NCBI GenBank assembly: GCA_907165135.1
Contig: OU015567.1
Coordinates: 10,292,001-10,356,000, forward strand
From: Oikopleura dioica
Taxonomy: Eukaryota > Animalia > Chordata
DNA: 64,000 bases
Reading direction: 5' to 3'
The notes under the pieces were generated by a model. It did no database searches. It worked only from the letters and a program-made list of their open reading frames with translations, and was not told where the DNA came from. This document shows, in pieces, positions 51,201 to 62,898 of this stretch. The stretch's first letter is position 1. Each line of letters begins with the position of its first letter. The translations under genes and the position numbers were made by a program.

Positions 51201-54200
51201 TATGCATCGGTAATTTCCTACTGTGTTGACACAGCTGGCAAAGAGTGGACAGCGCATCTGGTCTGGCATTTTTTGGAGGTGTGACGCGGCGTAAACTTGA
51301 GGTTCTTCGTACTGTTCTACAATACTCTTCCATGATTCCAGCTTCGTGATTTTTCCATTATCAGCTGTACCTTCTTCAACAAGAAGACTTGGCCGTTTGA
51401 TTGAAGATAATTTTGCGCGACGATACAAACAGGATAAAACGCAATCATCATCTGTTTTTTCGCACACACCTGAACTCATGCAACTCACAAGCTCTGGAAG
51501 AAGTTGAAGCGGATCAAGATCAATTCCAAGTGCGATACTCAAGCAATCTTGGCTATAGAAGAATTCTTCTTTACAAAGTGTAGCCTCTTCTGGCAAATCA
51601 TACTTTTCAAAATACTTTTCTTGGCAATAATCTGGGCAAAGATCTCCTTCCTCTTTGCAAAGACAAGAGCAGTCCAGATTGAAAACAAAGAAATTCGTGA
51701 GTTCGGAGTTTGACGAAGCTTTGAACCGTTTTTCATTAACATAGCAGTGTCCATAACAATTGAGATCTTCAACAGAACACTCTTTTTGACAAAATTCATT
51801 TGCAAAGCTATTTCTACAATCCGTTTCATCGCAACTCAACAGATCAGAGTAGAATGATTCCTCAAGAACCTTGATTTCAGCCATTTTCTCCACGCACATC
51901 ATGTGACAAACACCAGCATATAATGAATCGTTGCATTCGTCGGCACATCCAACTAGGACGCCGAGATGATCTTCGTTTGCACACATTATGATGCACTCCA
52001 TGTCATCCAATTTGCAAGATTCGTAGCAAAAGATGAGAGTAGAAAGGAGGTTGCCCCGCTGAAGAGAGCGAATTTCATTTTCTTCAAAGAGACAGCCAAG
52101 AATGCATTTCAAGTCACTCATACATGTTCCAGTGCACCCCATCATCATCTGCGTGGAAGCCTCTGAGTTCACATGACCTGTTCTACTTTGGAAGCATACA
52201 GCAAAACACATTCCTCCAGTTGCATCCGAAGCGCACTCATCGATGCACTCAAAAATCCAATTGGTAAAGTGGTAAATTTCGATCGAGAGACGATCTTTAG
52301 CGAGACATCGAGTAGCGCAAAGAGCCGAGTTGTCCTGTCCTTCACATTTTGTCCAGCATTGAATAGATAGACTAACGTCATTAATATCTTTCTGTGCCTG
52401 CTCACGATCTGCTGACGTAAGAAGATCTCCAAGTTGTGCGCAAATGTCGAAGGTAAACGAATCCAAGCAAGAATTAATAAATTCAAACGGGCCATCAAGA
52501 ATCTTGCTTGGAATATTACGTTTGACTTTGCATTCTTTCCATTCGTCTGTGTTGTTAGAGAGATAATTGCAGTCGGGAAAGCTTTCATCAAACAATGATC
52601 TGGAAAGATTTGGATCGAATCTCCCGACGATGCACTTTGCAAGGCACAAACCGAAGTTCATTGAGCTTTCGCAAAAGCTCCTGCAAGTTTCTAGTTTTAG
52701 AATCACTGAATCATGCGATATTACTGTGCTTTTCAGAGAAACTGTTCCAACAGACGCTTTCAACTCCTCTTTTGTCAAGCTGAAGATCTCGCCCGATAAA
52801 GCTAGAGGCAAGAGCTGCGGAAACGCGTAGAATGTGGCAAGGAAGGTTCGTTCTTTATCCAAATCGGTTTCGAAACATTCGTCTATGTCTATACATCTAT
52901 TCTCATAGAGAGGATGCGTTATAAAACCATCGTGGCAGTCGCAGCGGTAACCAGACTCTTCGTCCGGAAAGCAGGTGCCTCCTGCTCCACAAGGTCTAAA
53001 ATTGTGTCAAATGAATATTTAAATTATTCGCTGTTGTATTTCTTACCGATCAATTACGCATAAATTCGGTGCCGGGGTAGAAAAGCTTGCGTCAACATCA
53101 GAGAAAAGAGCTGTGTAATATACTTTGAATCCATTTCCACGCTTTGATCGCTGAGACTTTATGACCATTTCAACTTTTACTTTCTCAGCTGTGACAGCAA
53201 ATGGAACTTTCGTTGCCGCCAATCTGCTCATTTTGGGGTCACAGTCTTTCATCGTAAAGAGATTTTCTGAGGTAGCGAAATCGGTGAAAACGACGTGATC
53301 TTCGCACTCTTGGTCCAAATTCATTTGAAGAATGGTGAACTCGAATCCCTTCGCTCCATCGACGTCGATTATCCATTCGCGTAAATCGTTTTCTGAGTAT
53401 TTGGCTCCTTCATTGAATTTTTCATTGCTCAAGAATCGTCCAGGTTCTGTTACAGTTAATGGGAGTCGTTTTATAGAGACCATCGGTGGAAGTTTTGGGG
53501 TAACAGGCGCAATATCTGGCTTCTTTTTCTTATTTGAAATATTCACAGAATCACAAGTAGCTAGAGACGAAAGACAAAGTCCACTTTCGCATCCATAGTT
53601 CGTATGGCAACTTGAGCATGGTTTACCAAGCAGATATGGAATAGATTTACTAGCGAATCCTTCATCAAATACGCATATGAATCTATTTCCTTTCGAGGCG
53701 CATCCAACTTGAGTGTTCATTGAATTCAATAAATTTCGGTATCCACCGCATGGAAAAACACACTCTCCCTCTAAATTGGAGAAATATCTCTTTTCGTCTG
53801 CCCACGAGTAGATTATTTCGTTCCAGCTCGCTCCAAAGCCTACAGAAACGCGAGATACTGATCGCGAAATTGTTTCTCCGGCAATACTTTCAGCATATAG
53901 CGCCAAGTCCTCGTTCCAGTTCAGCATGAACATATTTGCTCCTGAGACTTCAGATCTGTAGCGATTCATAAGTGCGACGATCGTGTCATTTGCTGGAACA
54001 ACTGCACATTCGGTCGTGAGTCCCGTGTCAAATTTGTCTTGTGATGCTGATTGTTGCCCGAAAATTTCAATAGAGCAAGCTGAAAGCGATGCAAATTGCC
54101 CAACAGCCTGTAGGAAAATATATTTCACGGGAACTTGCGCTCCACAATAAATAAGTAGGTTATCTTCTCCTTCTTCTGTTCCACAGAATACCGAATCTTC

Positions 54201-57200
54201 GAATTTCTCAGTGAGGCCCATCCGTGCACTTATTTTCACAGTGAAGTCTTTTGGAAGCTGCAATCTTATCAGATTAATCTCATTTGCGTCAGCAAGTTCG
54301 ACTGTGATGGTCGGTTGGTTACCAGGCGATGTTAACGCGCAGCATGAACCCTCTGCTTCAGCAACTCTGCAAGATTTTTCTTCATCGGGATTCTGAACGA
54401 GTAACCAAGCTGGTGAGTAGTCATATGTTTTAGACATCTCAAGATTTGCTATTTCAAGTGGTTCATGATCAAAACATGGGCCGAGCGAGCAATGTCGCTG
54501 CTGAATCCATTCTGATCCACAGGATTCATCCTCACAGTCGCGTGTTCGTTCTCGCAGACCAAAATGGCACTTTCCGTTGCATGGAGTCCATTCCGTCCAG
54601 CTTGACCACTGGAAGTCACGCTTACCATATGCTTCAACTTCGCAGAGAATGAGGGAGTTTTTAGATTTATCCAACGAGGTTATTCGAATTTTTGATCCTG
54701 TAATAGGACCATTTGAGCAAAAAACTGCTTCTTTTATCGACGAAGAAACAAACGCGCAGTGTTCTTCGTCGATCGTAATTTCAAGAGGAGATGTAACAGT
54801 ATCTTTGATTCTTAGTGCGAAAATTGAAAACGGTTTTCTTGCATCAATCTCGATATATGGGTTGGGTCCGACAGCAGAAGTCAAACAAGTGCCTCGTTTA
54901 CCATCCGTCACGGCTCCAGAAGTGGTTCGACCAAGCCAGTCAGAAGACATCGTCCCACTGATAATATTTCTTTCGTCGTTACAGACGCTTTCTCCACAGG
55001 GTTGTTTTTCTTCGCTCGAACCCTCACAACTTTCGAATATTCTAGCGCTGACGCATGTTCGCGATCTTGAACGGATACCACTACCGCATTTACGAGAACA
55101 TCCAGTCCATTCAGACCAAGAAGACCAGTTCATCTCTGGTATCGTTGAGTAGATTTTCGGACAGAGTGTTGTCGATTCCGTTATTGGTCCTCGTGACTGA
55201 TCTAATAACATGGTGATGTGGTCACCAATTGCCATGGAACAGTGAAAGATTGTACCGGACTTCGAACATCTTTCGCCAGAATTAGGTTTGTCTCCAACAT
55301 AAACATCATCTGCATCAACACTGACAATGTGAATAGAGGAAACGGATGAAAGCTTAAAGCTCGTCCAAAATCCATTGTTAACCTCTACACATGTATCGAT
55401 GCTAGTACCCCCTGTTTCATTCGATGTTATCCTTTCAAAATCTCGAAAGTCAGTAGTCGAACCCAAACCGTCCTTCTGGAAGTCAGGCATGTTTATTACG
55501 AAAGTCTCTGGGGCTGTTTGAAACTCTTCTTCGCATACATCGCCAACAAAACAAAGCTTTGATTCTTCATAGCTTGCTTTAGCCCCAAGAGGCAAAGATC
55601 TAAATCGTGATTGCTTTCCATAGCCGCAAGTGGACGAGATCTTCCACGAGCACCCATCGAATTCCGACCAAGTTGATGACTCCCCGTTCTCAAAATCCTT
55701 TCCAATGAAAATTGAATCGTCGCTAGAGCATCTCACCCTATCGCAAGCTCTGAAATTGAGTTTGTAGTCGGACGTATCGAGGAATAGGTTATTTTCCCCA
55801 GGGGAGAGGAACAAAAACGACTTTAAATTATCTGTGAATTTCAATTCCTCGATATCAAGTTCAATATGCGTTTGAGAGCTTATAATTCCATCCTCATAGG
55901 AAACGTTTGGAGCAGATGGTGGAAGTGTTACAGTCTCGGAGCTTGAAGTTATTCTGGTTCCTAACGAAGCAGTTACAGTAACTTCAGTATACTGTAAAGT
56001 CGAGTTCGGATAGAACTTGTGCAATATTGACGAGTCAGGGTCCACAGATACCATTTCAAAGTCCGACTTTCCAGCCAACTGCAGTTGAATTGCATCATAA
56101 TTTGAAATATCACTCGTGAATAGCACTTCAAGTTCTCCTTGATAATTTATGGCTGCATCGAATGTTATTTTTCTCAATGGTTGTTTTATGTTTTCCAATA
56201 ATCCAACCTCGCTTGATGGAATAGAGACGTAAGAATCATCGTGAAGGGCGAAATTTACTTTGTTCCCGAAAATCTCTATCGAATACACCTCTTGTGAATC
56301 AAGATTCTCCAGAACAAGTGAACTCGAAGACAACTTCGTGGATTGGTATGAAACAGAACCGTCGGATTTAAATATTTGTACGTTCCAGGTATGATATTTA
56401 TAAGTACTGTACCAGGATACAATTATTGCATCCTTTACGAACTCTATTTCATTGAAGATGACGATTGGTTTCTCAAAGCACCAAGCAACGGGATTTTTTC
56501 CAGATTTAGAGAAATCGTTAACAGAGACAGCGTAAGCGAAAATGTCATCGATGATAGCAGGAGACGAAAACTCATATCGTAATGAAGAGTCAATCTCTAC
56601 TGATCGAATTTGCATCGGCTCGCGACTATCTTCCTTGATTCCCGAAATTTCAACTCGCACAGTTTTTTTGCTATTGATATCAGTATAAAACTGGCCATTT
56701 GAAGTTCGCTCGCAAATGATATCATCAGAAGTCAATGGTGCTGATTTCGTGACCGCTATTATCTCATCAGAATATTCCGTGTACTCTTGTCCCATAAAGC
56801 CAAAGTAGCCGACTATTGACACATTCATTGCAATATCCGAAGGTAGATTTTCAACAAATAATTTATCTGCTTCAGGATAAATATCAGATCCGAGGTCGCC
56901 AGAGAGATATTGCTCCGGTTTCATCACTTCGCCTGTCGAAGAGTCAATCCAATAAATATCAACTTCATAACCTCTAATCGATTTGTCTGCGTTTTGCAGG
57001 GTGAGCGAAATCGCAGAGTCCGTCGTCGAAGAGATTTTAAAGCTTGGCTTTACGAAAGGAATTCTTACAATGACATCTTTACTCCACTTAGACCAAAAGC
57101 CTTCAACTTTCGCGCGATGCTTGACGCAACATTGATCGCCTGAAATCATTGAAGAAAATGTGTGGCGTCGGAAAATTCCCTCGAATTCGAGAAGTTTTTG

Positions 57201-60200
57201 ACCACTGTTGACACAGTCAATTTTAAGTTCGTAAAGTTCCACATCGACATTTTGGTCTCTGGCAATGTGATATGCGTACCACGAAACCTCGACTGACTCT
57301 GTGTCAATCGACGGTATATCCAGCTTTTCAGGCGATTCAAGTTGCGGAATCAGTTCCATTCCCAATACACCTCTGTGATACTCGTCGACGAGAATGGAAA
57401 AAGAAATATCGTAGAAAGCCACGTATTTGTACCCATCTTTGATCACAGAAATAATGTTAATTTCTTTAATGTGATCAGGATTGAAGTATCTGACAAGATC
57501 ATTTTTGATGCTTCTTTTGATCAGAAATTCGTCATCATTTGATGAAGATTTTTCTCCATAAAACAGGGGTGCCTTAGTTTGTATTGTTTTTTCTTCGCTG
57601 TATTTGGTATCGACGAAGTAATTCATTAAAATATCTTGATAAGACATAACTTTGAGTGTGTATAAAATATCAGGATCGAGCCCTGTGATCGTTTCTGGCG
57701 ACGAAGTGGATATCATGCTTCTGGAGTAAGATGGATTATCAGATCTTGTAATTTCGATTGCGATAGATTCGACATTACCATCAGCCTTCCATATGATGGC
57801 GATACTTTCTTCTGTCGACAAAAGGTTAAACTCTGGAGGTCCTGGTTCCGTCCTGAAGCGTTCAATCTTCGCTGAAGATTTTTCTCTTGATTCCGTATTC
57901 ATTAAACTGCAGGACATCTCATAGGTAGTTCCTTGCTCAAGATCTGCTAGTGTTACAGACTTTTGCTTGAATACCATTTCTTTAGAATTTATCGAACACC
58001 AGACTTCATAAGCGCTTTTCCAACCATTTCCCACACTCTGGAATTCAACAGATGCATTGTTGGCGCCAACTTGGAGAATAGACACTCTAAGTTCTGGAAG
58101 CGTCGACAAACTTTCATAAGCGACGAAGGAATTTTTCGTAGAAAGCTGGAAATGATATTTTGTATCGGGGACAAGATCTTCTAGTGATACCAGTCCAGTT
58201 TCTGATTTGACGATTTTGCTCGATCCTGCGTTTTTTACCGATAACTCGTCAGCAACATGCTCAACAAGGAGTTTGATTCTGTCTGTTTCGATTTCCCTGT
58301 CTATGACAAGTGGCAATCTACTCTTCGTGGTCAAAGAATACGAGAATTCTTTGGACATCGTCTTCAAATCGGCTGAGTGAGCTTGAATTGTAATCTCGTA
58401 ATTGACGTCAGGAAAGTACAAATCTTCTGGTATCTGAAGCATATTCATACTGTATTCTGGGCTAAGTTCTCCTTTCAGAGGTGGTTTGGTAGTAATTTTA
58501 AGGCCAGAGAAGACATTTTGAGATGCGTCCCAAACAACCATAATTCCAACCTCTTGGCTCTCTTCAATGATGAAATCCATCTCTTCCGGTGTTGTTGAAA
58601 GAACTTCCTCATAATCTGACGTGAGTTGATAGCTTGTTCCTTTTTCAAAAATCTCACGAATTTTGAAGGAATATTCATTGCCCGCCTTCAGTATATCTCT
58701 TCTCAAGAAATTTCTCTCGATAATAATCGGATCAGCAGACCCCAAGAGGACCTCAAACTTTCCACTTTTTCCATAGTGTCCATTCCAGTTGTAATCGATG
58801 TAATCACCATTAACGACAGCATTTATTTCACCAAGAGCTGGTGCCGTAGATATGATGAAGGGTTTTATTTGAAACTCTTCGCTTGAAATTGAGATTTTGT
58901 AAGTATTGTAAGGCTCGAGTCCATGAATTTCTAAATCTTCAACCAATATCTCACGAACAGTTTGATCAGATTCGACTTTTGAGGCTTCAACAAAAGCGGT
59001 TAGCGGCTGAGATGTATTGAAAGAATCTCCACAGTCGATTTTCAAGTAAGTCGAGTAAACAGTCGTAGGGATGCAATCCAAGAGTGGTCTGGTATCTCGA
59101 ATAGGAGCAGTTGCGAATTCGAAGTATGCCCAAGGAGAGTTTCCTTGATCCTTTGGACTCGTGGCAATGATTTTTGCGGTGTATTCTGTACCCGCCTTCA
59201 AACCAAAAATTTCCTTCTTGTTTACTGCACGATCCAAATTGAAGGTTTTTATTCTGTACTGACCTTTGAAGATTTCAAGGCGATATCCGCGGGCTCGATC
59301 GATCTATCAAACGGACAATAAAAATGCGAAAATTAAACTCGAAATTTGAGATGCTCAATTTTCAGAAATTAACGCGAAAAGCAGATCATTGATTCAATGA
59401 AAAAGCGAGGAAAAAAGTTTCCTGGCTTGAAAGTAACCTTAGCTGAGCATACTCACGGAAGCATCTTCTTCGTCCATTTCCTGTTTCCAGTAAAGTTCCA
59501 CTTTAGTGATTCCCACTTTTATTTTTTCGGCAATAAAGAGAGGAGCTGCATGCTTTATTCTTATTGTGACTTCCTTGATGTTAGTCAAGCCGAATTCAGT
59601 CTGGCCTTGAATCGCAAGAGTAACATCTCGTCCACTCGGAAATGCAATTTGGGGCACAACATTCATCTCTCCGGATCTACCTTCGAAAATGGGCGCACTG
59701 TATCTGTCTTTACCAATCCTCTTTTTGTATGTGCGCATTACTGTATATCTTTCTACAAGAGAGTCGTCACCAAATTTCATTTTGACAATATTTGAGAGTC
59801 GCTCAAGAATCTCAGGCTTCTGAAGTTCCGGAGCAGATCTAATGTTGTAAACCTCAGACTCAGCCATAATTCCGTTTTTGTAGATAACGTGAATTTTTAG
59901 TTCAACTTCGGTATCAGGAGCGATTGATTTCTTGAGCTGATTGGAATTAAAGTCGGAAATACTGTAGACATCGCTTCCGATGGACACTTTCAAACTTTCG
60001 ATGACTGTATTGCTGCTTGAATCTTCGAAAATCGGCAGCCATTTGATGATGATTTCGTTGAAATTTGCCACGACGGTCAAAAATTCTGGTTTCGAAGGGA
60101 GGGCGAATCGCTGATGCTGGCATTTAGCTCCGTAAAACTCGATCGGGCAGCGACAGATCATCCCTTTTGCGAGAGTGAAACACGAACCGCCGTTTTCGCA

Positions 60201-61400
60201 CTGTGGTTCCGCGTTTTCGAATCTCCGAAAAACGTGCAGAAATTGAGCGTAGACGTTGCAGAATCTACAGAAATTTCTCCAACTTTGAAGCCTTTTGCTT
60301 CTAAGCTTTCGCGGAGCTTGATATTGAATCCATTTTCGACCTCGGCTTGTCTCCATTTCAAGTCTTCTTCCGACGCTCTTATCAGCACTCGCGCCTTTTT
60401 ACCGTTTCCTTCTTCATCTTTCGAGAAATTGATCAGAAGTGCAACATAATCTTCATCAACAGAAACACGGCCGAGTAACAAAGATTGAGCTTTTGTGAAC
60501 TGGGCTGAGAGAGGGTTGAGAAGATGCTCACTCCATTGATTATCTTTTTCGGATAAGTTGATCTCAACAACGGCTGACAAATCAAAGTTGATATCGTTCG
60601 ATAGTGTCTGGATCATCAAGAAGTCCATCCAATCGAAGGATCCAGACTTGAGAGCTCAAACGACTCGCTTCTAGGCTTGAGTCGTTCCAATAAGTCTGCT
60701 TTCTGTTTGATATGCGTAGCAGGACAAACTTTCACAGAGCATTTTCGGCTTTCTAATCCATTTCCTTGGCATTTTGAATATGTCTTGAGAAACAATTCCA
60801 TCGCAAGATTTCCGGAAAATTCTCCACTCGCTACTCGAAATTGGGACTTTCGAGCTTGCATGATCTTAGACGAGCCTGCTGACCTCCAAACCCACAAGTC
60901 TTTGAGCAGGTAGACCAGGACTCCCACTGGCTCCATGCCAACCCACACGAGTGTACGTTGCAAGGTAGGTATTCGAGAGGCTGGCCAAAGCAGGTTGGTG
61001 TTCGCTTTACCAAAGGTCAAAAAACGTCATTTTCTAGTTCTTTTTTTATAATAGTTTGCACTTTTTAGAAAATATTGGTTTTGAGCGTTTTCTACTAAGA
61101 TAATTGCTAGAGTGCGACCTGATCCTTTAGGTATTGATGAAAGGTAATTGCGCCAGTTAAATATTTTGAGAAAGCAGCTTTGAGGTTCGTCCGGCAAGTC
61201 CGATAACGCATGCGTCTCCCGCTGCCGCAACGCTTCGAGCATTGCGACCACTCGGTCCACTTGCTCCAGCCAGATAGTGTGTCCTCTTGAATAAATTCAT
61301 CTAAGTTGAATTTCGGTGACGATTTCGATTGCGTATCATAAAGAAACTTGTGTTGTGTTAACGAAATATAAACGCACGATTGTCGTTGATTCTTATGTTC
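45265..61400 (-). CDS. Giant mucin-like mosaic protein (~5,000 aa): TSP1 x2, SEA-like, EGF, FN3 array, TSP1/FTP(discoidin-like) modules, CAP/SCP, CUB, EGF, CX3C repeats, EGF, CUB, S/T-rich regions, SEA-like, poly-Thr, SEA-like; start not located
   Basis: ORFs 59439-60356, 53043-59237, 50940-52862, 48566-50971, 47932-48279 and 45325-47577 join in frame through GT-AG introns. Upstream TSP1 and SEA-like exons need non-canonical donors, and the EGF junction near 60215 is unresolved. Motifs include WSxWxxWxxC, CENGGSC, RYRSEV..NWNEDLA, GFKVYY and GFKISY. No C-terminal TM segment seen. Confidence 0.8.
46140..47600 (-). repeat. Coding tandem repeat giving an ~480-aa near-pure poly-Thr mucin tract
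   Basis: Plus strand is built from 9-nt units GTAGTCGTG/GTAGTCGTT/GTTGTAGTC with a recurring longer block encoding ..TSTTSTT... Confidence 0.97.
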
Positions 61401-62303
61401 ATTTTAGAAATCCTTTGGATAGTAATTTTTGTTATGGTGAAAATAATGTTAGCGTCTTTGCTAAGTGTGGCTATTTTTCTTCCGCTCTCCATTATGATTG
61501 AATATACTCACCTAATGCAATAAGTGGTAGAAATATTTACACAAAGCAGGGATAATTTAATTGTTACACCTAACGTATTTTGAAGATACACTAAAATATT
61601 AATTTCTTTAACATTCCTTGAGCAAGTATGGATTTGTGGTTTTCTCACAACATGCAATATTTATCAAGGTGACTAGAATATAGCCACATATAGAAAACTT
61701 CTTCATCTTCCCAAATTGGAATAGTTGATGTTCTCAGACGAGTTCTACTCTTTTAGAAACGGTAATTTACCATGGCCTCTCAGTTATTTCCAGTTTAGAA
61801 GGCTTCTTGATTCTCTAAGAGCTTCGAATTTTTTCTCTTGGGGTTTTAGGTCTTATTTAGGTGGATTTAGAGCTTGGCTTTATTGCTGTTAATTTTTCTC
61901 GGAAAAATTGATAATCCGGGCAAGGATTGAACGTCTTGTTCCATGCGATTTGGCTCCAACTCCACCTACTGGAGCGACTTCGCTCAGCACTAGAATCGTA
62001 ATAGTACTGCACCGCTCCATACTACACCTTCGCTAGGTACAGTAGTATTTACGACGGTGCCAGCGCCAGCAGGTACAACTTACACCACCGAGAACCCGCA
62101 ATTGGCTCCGGATTACATAAGCGCTTCTAAAAGGCGCTTCTCCACGCTGCTAGAAAATATAATTGGGGGCACCCGGACATACGGAAAACATACCAAGCAA
62201 AGAACAAACTATTAAAATGTGTTTCATGCAAGTAATTGTTATTTATGTTTATTGGACAGATCAGTAATCTAAAAATTAGGCGGGTCAGTGATTTTAGCTA
62301 AAA

Positions 62304-62819
62304 CTAATTAATGATATTCGTGATGAAAGTAATAACTATTAGTCCGCAAAAGCACTTGCATATACAGAAAAGACACTGGCAACAGGAGCAATCTTCTTCA
62401 TTGTTTCGAGCTGTTCTTGTTGAAACTGTGGATGAATAAGGAAAAGTTGAATAAGATAGCGGCTGGTTTGTGTAGACAGGCTCAGTATATCGGTCATGAC
62501 GCATATTCGTTCTTCTGGTGGTTGTCGGATTTCCATGTGGTTGTGAACTCGTATGAAAATTGTTCCTTTGAGGCTGAGGAAGTGCGGGGACTGATGAAAT
62601 AGCAAGTTGAGCATAAGCGCTTTCCCACCACCTCCCACATATGCATTTATAATATCCAAAAAGCCGCCCATCACCGTGATATTCACGTTCTTCTTCAATT
62701 TCAAACAATCTCTCCCCACAAGATCTACAATCAATTTCGTACTTCTGATAGTCAGTTGAAAATTGTTCATACTGGCAGCGGTAACAGTAAAATTTTCTTT
62801 TTATCCAGGCTCTAGCCAT
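62304..62819 (-). CDS. 171-aa protein with a ZAR1/ZCCHC24-like zinc-binding fragment and a Cys-rich hydrophobic C-terminus
   Basis: EYHGDGRLFGYYKCICGRWWESAYA resembles ZAR1 YGYYHCKDC..RWESAY and ZCCHC24 PYQGKKRCFGEYKC. It is preceded by CYRC and CRSC; the tail is CSCCQCLFCICKCFCGLIVITFITNIIN. Confidence 0.65.
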   Translation of the reverse strand: MARAWIKRKFYCYRCQYEQFSTDYQKYEIDCRSCGERLFEIEEEREYHGDGRLFGYYKCICGRWWESAYAQLAISSVPALPQPQRNNFHTSSQPHGNPTTTRRTNMRHDRYTEPVYTNQPLSYSTFPYSSTVSTRTARNNEEDCSCCQCLFCICKCFCGLIVITFITNIIN

Positions 62820-62898
62820 CTCTTTTTTCAATAAAAACACAAATCAGAACAAATAGCAAAGCGCAGAGTAAATATTAGGAGTTAGTAAGAAGAGTTTA

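Noticed and set aside
61900-62200. GC-richer stretch upstream of the giant gene, considered as a retroelement fragment
   Set aside because: No LTR, TIR, TSD or RT/gag motif identifiable.
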